Made by a program: the position numbers and the translations under genes. Below the pieces are notes generated by a model. That model was not told the DNA's origin, made no database searches, and worked only from the letters and a program-made list of their open reading frames with translations. From Trichomonas gallinae (Eukaryota), in NCBI GenBank assembly GCA_008369845.1, contig MRSU01001136.1:1-36004 (forward strand): a DNA stretch of 36,004 nucleotides. The letters are read 5' to 3'. Shown piece by piece: positions 10,315 through 20,351 of the stretch. Every line of letters starts with the position of its first letter. Position 1 is the first letter of the stretch.

Positions 10315-10726
10315 ATTTTATCAATGAAATTTTTCATTTCAAATTTTATTATGGTGTAAAATGGGAAATTAGATTAGATTAGCTCCTAAATCATGAAATT
10401 TGGAATTAGAGCAAATATCTGCGTATAAGTCATGCAAATTTTTATTGAATTCAAAAATATATTTAATTCAATGAAAAATGATTGTTATAACTATGATATT
10501 GTCAGTAATGCATTACTTTATCTCAATCATTGATGCTCATCATTTGACATAAAACCAAAAATTAAATTATTTCTTGGAATCACCTTTTAAACTTAAATAT
10601 AAGAATAATATGCATTAACTTAATGATAACAATGGCATATTTACAATTTTAGAAAGTTTTGCAAATCTTGAATTTGAATTTATGTAAAAATCTTGCATTT
10701 CAATACCTATAGAAAGTTACTATTAT

Positions 10727-11968
10727 TTAGTTATTGCTGACGAGTGGTTGATCATCGATTGGGTCGTCGAAGATTGCACCCATCTTCTTTCCGTGTGTAT
10801 CTGGAAGGAAGAAGATACCCCAGCCGAATGCTGTGAACATAAGAATGGCGAAGAAGAGGATAGCGCCGCCAAACTTGAGGTAGTTAGACATGATTGGCCA
10901 AATGATCATGACAATAGAGGCAAGGCCCCAGTTGAGGGATGTCATGAGGGATGTAGCAACAGCTCTAACATCATCTCTGAACAATTCTGGTGTGATAACC
11001 CATGGAATTGGGCCAAGGCCGAGACCGAAGCAAAGGTTGTTAGCAACCATCATGATAGCTGGGATAAGTGGTGACCACTTGAAGTAGTAGTTCAAAGCAG
11101 CGATCAAAAGTGTTGCTGCGCATAAGAATGAAGATGTGTGCCAAGCTGGGCGGTGTCCCATGCAAGCAACGAGCGGAGCAGAGACGCCTGTAGCAATGAG
11201 ACCTGAAAGACCGACGAAGAAAGCGGACCAGGCAGGATCTAATGATGAGCCAGCGTCTTTGAAGATCTGGTTGAGGTTGGAAAGGAAGCCATTGCATCCT
11301 GAGAACTGCTGGTAGAACATGAGAATGGAAGCAACAAGGAGTGGCTTGAAATTCCTCTTTGAGCACAATGGTGTCTTGTGTTCAGCAGGTAATTCTGGTG
11401 CATTAGACTGTGGGGACTCTGGGATGAAGTAGATGCACAACATGCAGAGTGCTGGGGCAGCGGCAAGGCACCAGGACAAATAACGCCACTGGATCCAGAT
11501 GCCGAGGAAATAGCAGAGGCAGGCACCGATGACGACACCGAACTGGTGGAAAATACCGTAGGATCCACGAAGCTCAGTTGGTGAGATTTCTGTGATATAA
11601 AGTGGGCAAACTGTGGACAATGAGCCAACTGTCAAACCGAGAAGACCTCTGCCGAGGAAAGCGATAATCCATAACTTTTCGTTAGCAAGTGGGATGAGGA
11701 ACCAGCCAATAACAGCCAAAATAACTGTCAAGCAAGTTGTCATCTTTCTTCCGAGTTTGTTGATTGGATAATGGATGAATGTTGGTGTGATGATACCCAT
11801 GATAGCTGGTAATGTGTTGAAAATCGTTCCCGCTGTATCTCCAAGATTCAAATCACGTTTCATTGGAGCAGCAGCTGGACTCCAGAAAGCCATTGTCTCT
11901 CCGAAGTTCATGGAGCCAAACATGATGACTATAACATATAAAAGTTCTTTAGTAAAGAACTGAACCAT
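10727..11968 (-). CDS. Major facilitator superfamily sugar porter (GLUT8/Tret1-like)
   Basis: About 12 hydrophobic segments with sugar-porter motifs: KLGRK, GRGLLG, PLYITEISPTELRG, IPESP, QQFSGCN, GLGPIPWVITPELF, LPDTHGK. Confidence 0.95.
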   Translation of the reverse strand: MVQFFTKELLYVIVIMFGSMNFGETMAFWSPAAAPMKRDLNLGDTAGTIFNTLPAIMGIITPTFIHYPINKLGRKMTTCLTVILAVIGWFLIPLANEKLWIIAFLGRGLLGLTVGSLSTVCPLYITEISPTELRGSYGIFHQFGVVIGACLCYFLGIWIQWRYLSWCLAAAPALCMLCIYFIPESPQSNAPELPAEHKTPLCSKRNFKPLLVASILMFYQQFSGCNGFLSNLNQIFKDAGSSLDPAWSAFFVGLSGLIATGVSAPLVACMGHRPAWHTSSFLCAATLLIAALNYYFKWSPLIPAIMMVANNLCFGLGLGPIPWVITPELFRDDVRAVATSLMTSLNWGLASIVMIIWPIMSNYLKFGGAILFFAILMFTAFGWGIFFLPDTHGKKMGAIFDDPIDDQPLVSNN

Positions 11969-11976
11969 TTTTTTAA

Positions 11977-11983
11977 AAAATGA
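11977..11983 (-). promoter_or_regulatory. Inr-like element of the MFS gene
   Basis: TCATTTT on the minus strand, about 12 nt before the ATG. Confidence 0.6.
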
Positions 11984-12071
11984 ATTTTCAAAACAAAGCC
12001 GATAGAATCATATTTGCTTATCTTGTTGAATTATTCATAATTTTATTAACTTGTAAAAAAATTTTAGGACC

Positions 12072-12079
12072 GTCACTTT
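12072..12079 (-). promoter_or_regulatory. AAAGTGAC upstream motif (M2-like trichomonad promoter motif)
   Basis: GTCACTTT on the plus strand, about 105 nt upstream of the MFS ATG. The same 8-mer occurs upstream of SMC5 and the Ubl-Myb gene. Confidence 0.4.
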
Positions 12080-12891
12080 TTGAAATGGCATTGTTAATGA
12101 TTTTTATGTAATATATATGCTTATGATGTATAAATTTTAGATATCATGTTTTGGACTCCAAATTCCGTTTTTTATTGGCAAAGATTTTTTGATTGCTTCA
12201 AAATCAAACTTGGAAAATAGAATTTGGATATACTCATGATATAAAGTTTATTTCCACTGTTTCTGGCTGAAAGTAAGAAATTTTTTAGTTTAAAAAATAT
12301 CAAAAAGTAAAATTGGAACTCTTCAAAGCATCCACTGATAAGCACCTAATGCATATTGTCATGATGAACTCTGTCTGACATCATGGTCGCTAAATTAATT
12401 TTTTGTTTTAAGTTCTTACTGCAATTGAATAAATACACTTTGAATACATATCCTCCATATGGCATTGTACCGATATGTTGAGTTTGGATCAAATTGATAG
12501 GTTTTTTATTTGTTATTAGAACCATCTGCAGCAGGATAAAGAAACTTTACATATGAATCATCCATATATCGTATCAATTTGAGAGTTTGAGTTATATTGC
12601 TAAGTTATTTCATTCTTTTTTTTATTTATTGGTTTTAATCTACTTACAATGCACTTTCTGACGAAACTTGAGCTTTACAACTAGTAAAATATAATCACTA
12701 TATGTCAATACAATGATTAGTATTTGTAAGATAATATTCATTCGAAGATATGATGAATGAACACAATACTAATTGTGTTATTATGCTATGATATAAAAGA
12801 ATCTAATAACGAATTTCATTTTCAAACATTTCTGCAAATTAAAATATTCTCTTGTAATTATTTGATTTACCGTAGTAAAATAAAAAACACA

Positions 12892-13995
12892 TCATTGTGG
12901 TGGATCAATATAAGCTTGTTGCTGATAAGTGTTTTCTGCGTAATTTTGATTGATTTGTGGTGGCATTGGAGCATCGTACTGCCTTTCAGTCACAGCATTC
13001 TCAAACGCACTCCTCTTCATATCTATATAGCTTTGATCAAATTGGAATGCTGATGGTGGATTATTGGTGTAAATATTAATCACATCATTTCCTCCTGGAG
13101 CTGCTTTGAAACATTGATATCGGAGATCGTTTTCAAGAGACAATTTCCTTTTCACATGAACTTTATGAACCTTGAAATTTTTGAAATAGATGTTTTCCAG
13201 GATTATCGAAAGTCCAAAGAATGTTAAGAATGAGTATAGTCTCTGTCCACACTTGGAATGCATGAACCTGTAATAACTGTCTTTTTGTCCACATACTGTA
13301 TTCATTTGGAATTCATAAATGCAAGAAATAACATGAATATCTTCGGGCTTTTGCGACATATAATTTGGGTTTGATGATTTTTGTTCTTCTATCATTGAAA
13401 CTAAATTTTCTGGAATCTCAAAATCGTTCTTGATCTTAAGAAAATATCTTCCTTTCTCCTTGAACTCATCTGTAGATATAATGTCCCATGAGCCGTATAT
13501 CACATAGTCAATTAATTTGTATTGAATAGATGTATTTTGGTCTTGATAAAATGCTTCAGTAATTATTACAGGTGGGTTATTTTCGATATATTGTTTCAAT
13601 TTTTCGTAGTTTGTATGCACGCACATGCCTTTAACATTATATATTTGATTGGATATATCATACATGCGTGACTTGATTTTGCCATACTTCGTAAAATGAG
13701 TAACACCATCTTTCTTCCTTGTTACAAAGGAAGCGTAAAGTTTTTGTAGAGGCAATACAAAAACAGCCAATGAAACAAATAACAAAATAACTCCAGGGAT
13801 GATATTGCCTTCCACAAAACATAAAATACCAAAAAATGGCATGGTCCATAAAAGATTATAAATAAATGAAATAATTAACAAACCATAAGGAGTGTAATAT
13901 TTGCTGCGGCATCGACACCTGATGTAAAATATCAGGTTCAGAATAATAAATACTCCCGAAATCGATCCTAAACCAATGGCAGCTTCAATAATCAT
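12892..13995 (-). CDS. Multi-pass membrane protein, TMEM151-like
   Basis: Three N-terminal TM helices, then YIENNPPVIITEAFY, YGSWDIIS, FLKIKNDF, a late hydrophobic helix and VKRKLS. This order resembles TMEM151 as recalled, not searched. Confidence 0.55.
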   Translation of the reverse strand: MIIEAAIGLGSISGVFIILNLIFYIRCRCRSKYYTPYGLLIISFIYNLLWTMPFFGILCFVEGNIIPGVILLFVSLAVFVLPLQKLYASFVTRKKDGVTHFTKYGKIKSRMYDISNQIYNVKGMCVHTNYEKLKQYIENNPPVIITEAFYQDQNTSIQYKLIDYVIYGSWDIISTDEFKEKGRYFLKIKNDFEIPENLVSMIEEQKSSNPNYMSQKPEDIHVISCIYEFQMNTVCGQKDSYYRFMHSKCGQRLYSFLTFFGLSIILENIYFKNFKVHKVHVKRKLSLENDLRYQCFKAAPGGNDVINIYTNNPPSAFQFDQSYIDMKRSAFENAVTERQYDAPMPPQINQNYAENTYQQQAYIDPPQ

Positions 13996-14532
13996 TTTGT
14001 GAAAATTTGCAACGGTGTTTTATATGAAAATTACATATCTTTGATCAATATAATTGAACAATTAAGTTTGGTCTAAAAAGTTGAATGTTTCATCACCTTT
14101 CAGAATAATCATCGATTATAACAAATTAATCAATAAGATTATAAATATTTCGGAGTAAATTTTTATTATTCATTACTATAGAATGTATTTCCAATGACTA
14201 GAATATCTCAACAGTTATATTAATCACTTGAATAATAACGTGACAATAAAGAAAGTAACGACAACATCTTCATTAAAGCATGGTATGAGAACAAACATGA
14301 CTTTGTTCTTCTTTTTGCTCGAATCCAACATCTATATACTTTTGTAATTAAAATATTATAAAAGTTAATTGATTTGCTTAGCTATGTTGTTTATTTCTTT
14401 TCAAAATCTCAAATAGAAAAGGTGTGCAACTAAATCTCAAAAGTAACAATCCCCATTTATTAACAATTTTAAATCACGATTTTTCAAAAATACAATTAAG
14501 GTTAATAAAGGTGCCAGAACTGTTTCCTTCCA

Positions 14533-14540
14533 AAAGTGAC
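14533..14540 (+). promoter_or_regulatory. AAAGTGAC motif (M2-like) upstream of SMC5
   Basis: Exact AAAGTGAC ending 18 nt before ATG 14559. Confidence 0.45.
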
Positions 14541-14558
14541 AGCCCGGGAATTTTTGTT

Positions 14559-17500
14559 ATGCGGAGGTCAAACCCTTCTCGTAACAATTCTCAGAGAATC
14601 AAAGATTCTCAGACATATTATGAGGGCGACATAGACAAGTTCCAGAATGGCTCAATCATGTCGATTAAACTCAAAGATTTCATGACTTTCGAAAAAATTA
14701 CGATTCAGCCAGGTGCAGGTTTAAACCTAATTATAGGTCCAAACGGATCAGGCAAGTCAACTATTGTCTGCGCCATCGGTCTTGGACTCGCATCGTCTAC
14801 ATCAATTTTAGCAAGGACATCAAAATTGTCAGGATTCATTCGCCACGGATGTCCTATGGCTTCAATCAAGATACTTTTGAAATCTGATATTCCTATTTGG
14901 ATAAATCGCCGCATTAAATCAGATAATTCTTCGAAATGGAGAATAAAAAATATTAACGGACGCTGGAAAGATTCTTCAGCTGCTGAGGTTGCACAGCGTG
15001 TATCAGCATTACATATCCAACTCGACAATCTCTGTATGTTCCTTCCACAAGAAAGAGTTAAAGAATTCGCAACTTTAAAGCCACCTCAGCTTCTTACTGC
15101 TACAGAACAAGCTATCAATCCTGAAGTTTATGACACTCATCAAGCTCTTTTGAAAGATTTCCAAAAGCATTTTGATTTAACTCAAAAAATTTCGGATTTA
15201 ACACAAAATCTTAATCGTTATCAGACACTTATGGATCAAATGCGTGTTGATGTTGAAAGACTTAACGCAGCTAACGAATGCAAGAAACAAATTGAAAAAT
15301 ACGAAAAAGCAATTCCTTGGGCTGAACATCGCGCAGCTAAAATAGAATATGCAACGTGTAGAACTGAGTTGCAGGATGCTTTAAGGCACTATGACCAAGC
15401 TGCTGCAAATATTCGTCCATTATCAGAAAGAAAGGAAGCAAAAGCTCAAGAATGCAGGAGAAACAATGATGAGTTGGGTCGAGAATCAAACCAATGCCAA
15501 GGCCTCAAAAATGAAATTTTGCAAATTTCAAATTCAAGATTCGAATTTGATAGAAACGCGAGCCAGCAAAAACAACAACTCGAAAATCTCAAAAAAAATC
15601 TGGCTTCGAAATCAGATGATGTCGATAAAATGAATCATGCAATTGAAATTGCTGAAGACAAAGTCAAAGGCGTTGATTCAGACTTCCAGAGGCTTCGTGA
15701 AGAGAAAGCAAGTCTTATTCACCGCTTAAATAATGTCAAACGCCAAAGTTCAGAAGCATCAGGTTTAATTGACCCAATTAAACGCGAAAGGGCTAGAAAA
15801 CAGAACGAACTTAAAGATATTGATGTTGAATTAAAGCGCTTTGATAACCAAAAGAAGAGATTATTAGATCACATCGGAACAAGCCTTCGTCGCAGCGATG
15901 TAGTTGAACTTTATAACTACATAGAAAGCAGAAGAAATACTTTCAACGCTAATGTTTACGGTCCAATATGTGCTGAATTAAATTTCGCTGAAATTAAACA
16001 TGCGAACGTTCTACACATGATTGTTGAAAACCACTTCTTGTTTGCTTTCTTAACTGAAGACGAACACGACCGTGATTCACTTGAAGAATTTTGTCGACGC
16101 AATAAATTGTCAAGAATCACTCTTCTTCGTGCATCGGATAACTTCAAGCTGAGCCAGCAACAGAAAATGAGTCAGCAGCTTCCACCGCCAAACTTAACAA
16201 AATATGGATTTGCGAAATATGTTATAGACACATTCGAAGCTCCAGTCACAGTGAAAAACATGCTTAACCAGATGGCTCAGCTCGACAGGGTTCCAATTGG
16301 TGGAGGCCCACAAGCACGAAGCAGTGTCCACAAACTGTCAGAAGACACATTTCTTCAGTACAACATCACTAGATATATTGTTGATAATGTCGTTTACTAC
16401 GTCAAACGCTCCAAATATTCCTCAAACATTTCCACTCTTTCCATCCCTGTCAGGCAGTCCAACATTTGGCGTGAAGCATCAGCTGGTGCAGAAACGATCA
16501 GAATTCTCCGCGAAAGGAAGGATAACATCGAGACAGAAATCAGCCGCCTCAATCAGGAAGAAAGAGACAAGCGTGCTGAAGCATCGAGATTCACATCTGA
16601 GATCGAATCTCTTAGCCAGGAGATCCAAGACATCGCGAAGAAGATCAAAGATGTCGAAGGATTAAATGAAAAGATCAGACAGCTGAAAATTAAGAGGGAT
16701 CAATTAGTTAGAGAAAAAGAAGACCTTCCGAGGAAGATTGCTCAGATCGAGGCTAAACTCAGCAACAGCCTCAAGAATCACTCCGACAGCGTTGCCAAGC
16801 AGTACCAGAAACTTAAGCAGTTCAATGTCCACATGATCAAGTACGATTTGCTTTTGACACAGCGCGACAATCTTCAAGCTGAGCTGGAAGATATAAACAT
16901 GGAACTGCAGCGCGAGAGACAGAAGTACTCTGAACTTGAGCGTCAAATCAAGATTCTCAAAGATAAGAGAGATGCACTGAAGCAGAAAGAGAAGGAGCTG
17001 AAGGATATAGCGAAAGAGAAATGCCCCAAGACTCCTGAGAACATAGCCATGCTCTCCCAGCTCCCTAGCGACATTGAAATGCTCAGAGATGAGCTTGCAA
17101 GGCATCAATCACGTCTCAATGCAATCCAGTTCATCGACCCGACACTGCAACAGAGATTCGCTGACACTGAGAGGAAGCTCAACGAAACACAAGAGCAGCT
17201 GAACAACATCTCGAGAGAGGCTAATGATTTGTTCGCTGACTGCAATGCCAGATTCGCTGAGTGGAAGCAGAAGATGAGCTTGGATGTCAAGAAGATGTCT
17301 GACAGCTTTTCGAAGTTGATGGCCACTTGCAACTACAGAGGTGAAGTTAAACTCGGCTGCGATGACCCGGCAAAAATAGAGACATACAAGCTCAACCTCT
17401 TAGTCGCTTTCAACAGAGATGGCGCCATGAACATTTTGTCGTCAACGAGGCAGAGTGGTGGTGAAAAGAGTGTCACAACTCTTATGTTTTTGCTTGCTCT

Positions 17501-17792
17501 CCAAGACTGCACGAAATTCCCATTTAGAGTCGTCGATGAAATCAACCAAGGTATGGACGAGACAAACGACAGGAATGCTTTCAACCAGATCATGAAATAC
17601 ACAATGAGCCACAATCAGGAGTCGCAGTACTTCCTCGTCACACCGAAGTTGTTGCCGAATTTAGAGGAACTTGCAGGAATCACGGTCATGGTTGTAATGA
17701 ATGGACCTTACATCGATGAGCACCTCACTAATCCTATCACATTCATTAATGGAGATGATGATCAACAATCTCAACAGCTATCCCAGGAATAG
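14559..17792 (+). CDS. SMC5: Structural maintenance of chromosomes protein 5
   Basis: Walker A LNLIIGPNGSGKSTIVCAIGLGL, NLCMFLPQERV, coiled coils with a hinge (VYGPI), signature QSGGEKSV and Walker B PFRVVDEINQGMD, which is SMC5-type. The first ATG is at 14559; the ORF-track start at 14424 is a GTG. Confidence 0.95.
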   Translation: MRRSNPSRNNSQRIKDSQTYYEGDIDKFQNGSIMSIKLKDFMTFEKITIQPGAGLNLIIGPNGSGKSTIVCAIGLGLASSTSILARTSKLSGFIRHGCPMASIKILLKSDIPIWINRRIKSDNSSKWRIKNINGRWKDSSAAEVAQRVSALHIQLDNLCMFLPQERVKEFATLKPPQLLTATEQAINPEVYDTHQALLKDFQKHFDLTQKISDLTQNLNRYQTLMDQMRVDVERLNAANECKKQIEKYEKAIPWAEHRAAKIEYATCRTELQDALRHYDQAAANIRPLSERKEAKAQECRRNNDELGRESNQCQGLKNEILQISNSRFEFDRNASQQKQQLENLKKNLASKSDDVDKMNHAIEIAEDKVKGVDSDFQRLREEKASLIHRLNNVKRQSSEASGLIDPIKRERARKQNELKDIDVELKRFDNQKKRLLDHIGTSLRRSDVVELYNYIESRRNTFNANVYGPICAELNFAEIKHANVLHMIVENHFLFAFLTEDEHDRDSLEEFCRRNKLSRITLLRASDNFKLSQQQKMSQQLPPPNLTKYGFAKYVIDTFEAPVTVKNMLNQMAQLDRVPIGGGPQARSSVHKLSEDTFLQYNITRYIVDNVVYYVKRSKYSSNISTLSIPVRQSNIWREASAGAETIRILRERKDNIETEISRLNQEERDKRAEASRFTSEIESLSQEIQDIAKKIKDVEGLNEKIRQLKIKRDQLVREKEDLPRKIAQIEAKLSNSLKNHSDSVAKQYQKLKQFNVHMIKYDLLLTQRDNLQAELEDINMELQRERQKYSELERQIKILKDKRDALKQKEKELKDIAKEKCPKTPENIAMLSQLPSDIEMLRDELARHQSRLNAIQFIDPTLQQRFADTERKLNETQEQLNNISREANDLFADCNARFAEWKQKMSLDVKKMSDSFSKLMATCNYRGEVKLGCDDPAKIETYKLNLLVAFNRDGAMNILSSTRQSGGEKSVTTLMFLLALQDCTKFPFRVVDEINQGMDETNDRNAFNQIMKYTMSHNQESQYFLVTPKLLPNLEELAGITVMVVMNGPYIDEHLTNPITFINGDDDQQSQQLSQE

Positions 17793-18361
17793 AATTTATA
17801 TTTTTGTTATTTATCGTAAAATATAGATATTTTGATATTATTACAAACTTCTCTTTCATCCAAAAGCACTATTATTTAAATTTTAACACTTGATTTCAAT
17901 CAAATTAATTTGAAGTGACTATGTATATAAATATATGATTGACCAAGATTAATGAACTGCTCAATAATTTTGGGAATGACTTAAAATCATGCATTTTTGG
18001 AAAGCATGTGGTAAAAGCTACTTAAATAGCTGATGATTGATATGTTGTATTCTTTAGCCAGTGAGATCGTTGTTCAGAATTTGATTGAATAAAGGTATGG
18101 AAACTTCGAAGGGGAGACTTGGACATTGTTGCACTATCGTTCAGGAGTTGACATGTAAAGTGTCATATATTTGTATCTTTCTCCTAGGTTCTGGTCCTAG
18201 CCCTGTGGGATAAAGGTTCGAATTTTTTCCTTTTTCGACGTGTTTTTTTAGAGCGAAAATAGTGATCGGACGAGCGTAAGCCCGAGGCGCTCAATAGATG
18301 GGGTTACGCCGCAGAAATTAGCTTGAAAAAGGTGAATTTTTGATTTTAAAACCAAGCAACT

Positions 18362-18412
18362 GATGACGATCAAAATGCAAGCGAAGTGTAGCGCAGCATT
18401 TTGATCGTCATC
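18362..18412. repeat. Perfect 17-bp stem hairpin inside the MITE
   Basis: GATGACGATCAAAATGC (18362-18378) pairs with GCATTTTGATCGTCATC (18396-18412) around a 17-nt loop. Confidence 0.93.
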
Positions 18413-18465
18413 GTTCGCGGAGCCTACGCATAAGGAAATTTGATAAAAAAAAATTACATGACAGA

Positions 18466-18502
18466 TTTAACACGTAAACTTAAGTTTAACACGTAAACTT
18501 AA
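18466..18502 (+). repeat. Subterminal 18-bp direct repeat in the MITE
   Basis: TTTAACACGTAAACTTAA at 18466-18483 and 18485-18502. Confidence 0.9.
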
Positions 18503-19589
18503 AAACTTAAAAAAGATAGTGCAACTTTGTCCGACACTCCTTCGAAGGGCTGTAAGAAATTGCCCTAAACTTTGCAGGTATTATATAGACACCTTAAAGA
18601 TGATATATATATAATATCTAAGGATTTAAACAATTACGGGTCGAGTTTAAATTTCTCTTAAAAAGAATAATAAAATCATTGCTGATGCTATAAATATTTG
18701 ATCTATATTGCAATATTATATTAAAATATTCAAGAGAAATAGATATAATCAATGTATTTCAAAAATAAAATAATATTTTCAAGTTTTTGTTGATGATTTT
18801 AAAATTATCTTGGCATAAAATGCCATAGTGACCTCGACTTAGTCTTAATACATGTGGTGGAATTTAAGAAATCAAATGTTCAAATAAAGTTGTCAGAAAT
18901 AACGAACGATTATTTCTCCCTGAACATCGAAAAGATGTAAAAATTATTTATAATAAATGGTTGATAATTATCTGGACAACAACTACACCCGTAAATTAAA
19001 TTTGATTGATTGTGTCAGTTATTTGACGCAATTACATTGTTGTATTAAATAAGCTGAATGATAATTTTAAATAATTTTTGATTATCTCATTTTTCACTCA
19101 TATTTTTCCATAATCAAAAATTAGAATCCGCATATCTAAAGAGATAAAATTAACCAGGTATAAAAATTTGATCACTTTACAATAAATAGTTTTGTAACAA
19201 ATTTCAAAAAGCTGAAATAATATTAAAACTATTGTCATGAAGACTAGTTATTCAAAATGGGTTAATATGGATGATTTTTTGACGCCGATAAGAATTTCAT
19301 CGACTTTCCTACAAATTGAATTGATTATCGTTTATACAAATTTATATTTGCATTATTATGTTTATTTTTTAATTGTCTTAAATTTTTGAAAATTTTTGTA
19401 TAAGAAATTAGTCTAAAACATGTTATATTATATTATTATGATTAAATTTTTGTGGATTTAAATTCGATACAATTCTCAAAATTTTCAATAGATTCAAAAT
19501 TTTAAACAAAAAAATCGCTAAATATAAACATAATGCCAAGATTTAATTAATTTTTTATTCTCGATAAACATTTTTGTTAAATAATATAA

Positions 19590-20351
19590 ATGCACTTGAA
19601 GACACTTGAAGAGCAGAGTAGCGGATATAGTGGAGGCTCTTACAAGTCGTCCTCAAGCGAAAATGTTATGATCAGACGTAAAGTATCGCCTAAAGTTAAA
19701 TTCACTTTATCAGAAGACAATCAGCTAAGAAAATTAGTCGCAAAATATGGAGAGAATAAATGGGAAGAGATAGCGGCACAAATACCGGGGCGTAACACAC
19801 GTCAATGCCATGATAGATGGGTTTATTATCTGAATCCAAACGTAAAGAAAGATCCATGGACAGAAGAGGAAGAAAATCTCTTATATAAGTGTTACCATGA
19901 AATTGGCCCACACTGGGTGAAAATATCAAGATTTTTCGAAGGTCGTACGGATACTCAAATTAAAAATAAATGGAACGTTTTGAAGCGCAGAATGGAATAT
20001 GATCGAAAATTTACAGAAAAACCAACATCACCAGAGAAACATTCGCATGAAATAGAAAAACAAAAAATTAAAGATCAAGCGATACAGCAACAACCTTCTG
20101 TTTTACATACACAGTCTCCTAGTAATTACAAACCAGCTCCAGTATTGCCTTCTCTAGTTAATGATCCTATTATATTAAATTCAATATCGCAAAATATACT
20201 ACCACCACCGTCATTTAATCCATTATCTATAGCAAATCTAATGGCTCCAATGCCTCCAAAATTTATACGAAAAATTATTGTATCAAATGAATCCGATAAA
20301 GGATTTCCGTTTTTGTTACCATTAAATCCAAAACCTGCGGATGCAAACTAA
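19590..20351 (+). CDS. R2R3 Myb-like DNA-binding protein
   Basis: KFTLSEDNQLRKLVAKYG..WEEIAAQIPGRNTRQCHDRWVYYLNP and PWTEEEENLL..IGPHWVKIS..GRTDTQIKNKW. Confidence 0.95.
   Translation: MHLKTLEEQSSGYSGGSYKSSSSENVMIRRKVSPKVKFTLSEDNQLRKLVAKYGENKWEEIAAQIPGRNTRQCHDRWVYYLNPNVKKDPWTEEEENLLYKCYHEIGPHWVKISRFFEGRTDTQIKNKWNVLKRRMEYDRKFTEKPTSPEKHSHEIEKQKIKDQAIQQQPSVLHTQSPSNYKPAPVLPSLVNDPIILNSISQNILPPPSFNPLSIANLMAPMPPKFIRKIIVSNESDKGFPFLLPLNPKPADAN

Larger units (their letters stand above)
18114..18539. mobile_element. Non-autonomous TIR DNA transposon (MITE), Mutator/IS256-like or Merlin-like
   Basis: 25-bp imperfect TIRs (20/25): GAGACTTGGACATTGTTGCACTATC at 18114-18138 and the reverse complement of 18515-18539, GAGTGTCGGACAAAGTTGCACTATC. 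Direct repeat CTTCGAAGGG at 18104-18113 and 18540-18549. The empty site is at 58-67. No ORF. Confidence 0.9.
18091..18601. repeat. Second copy of the ~75-bp dispersed repeat, interrupted by the TIR element
   Basis: Flanks 18091-18113 and 18540-18601 rejoin into the reverse complement of 6-80. Confidence 0.9.

Noticed and set aside
12335..12390. C/D box snoRNA (ATGATGA...CTGA)
   Set aside because: The boxes are only about 8 nt apart, and there is no convincing upstream C box or guide.
14424..14558. N-terminal extension of SMC5 from the ORF track
   Set aside because: It starts at GTG, lies in AT-rich promoter-like DNA and contains the AAAGTGAC motif. ATG 14559 is more plausible.
18185..18230. 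tRNA or Pol III SINE (GGTTCGAAT, B-box-like)
   Set aside because: No cloverleaf, T-stem or acceptor stem can be drawn, and the B box is incomplete.
18360..18420. Hammerhead ribozyme (CTGATGA followed by a stem)
   Set aside because: The stem is followed by TCATC, which pairs with the GATGA, rather than by the required GAAA. Stems I and III are not evident.
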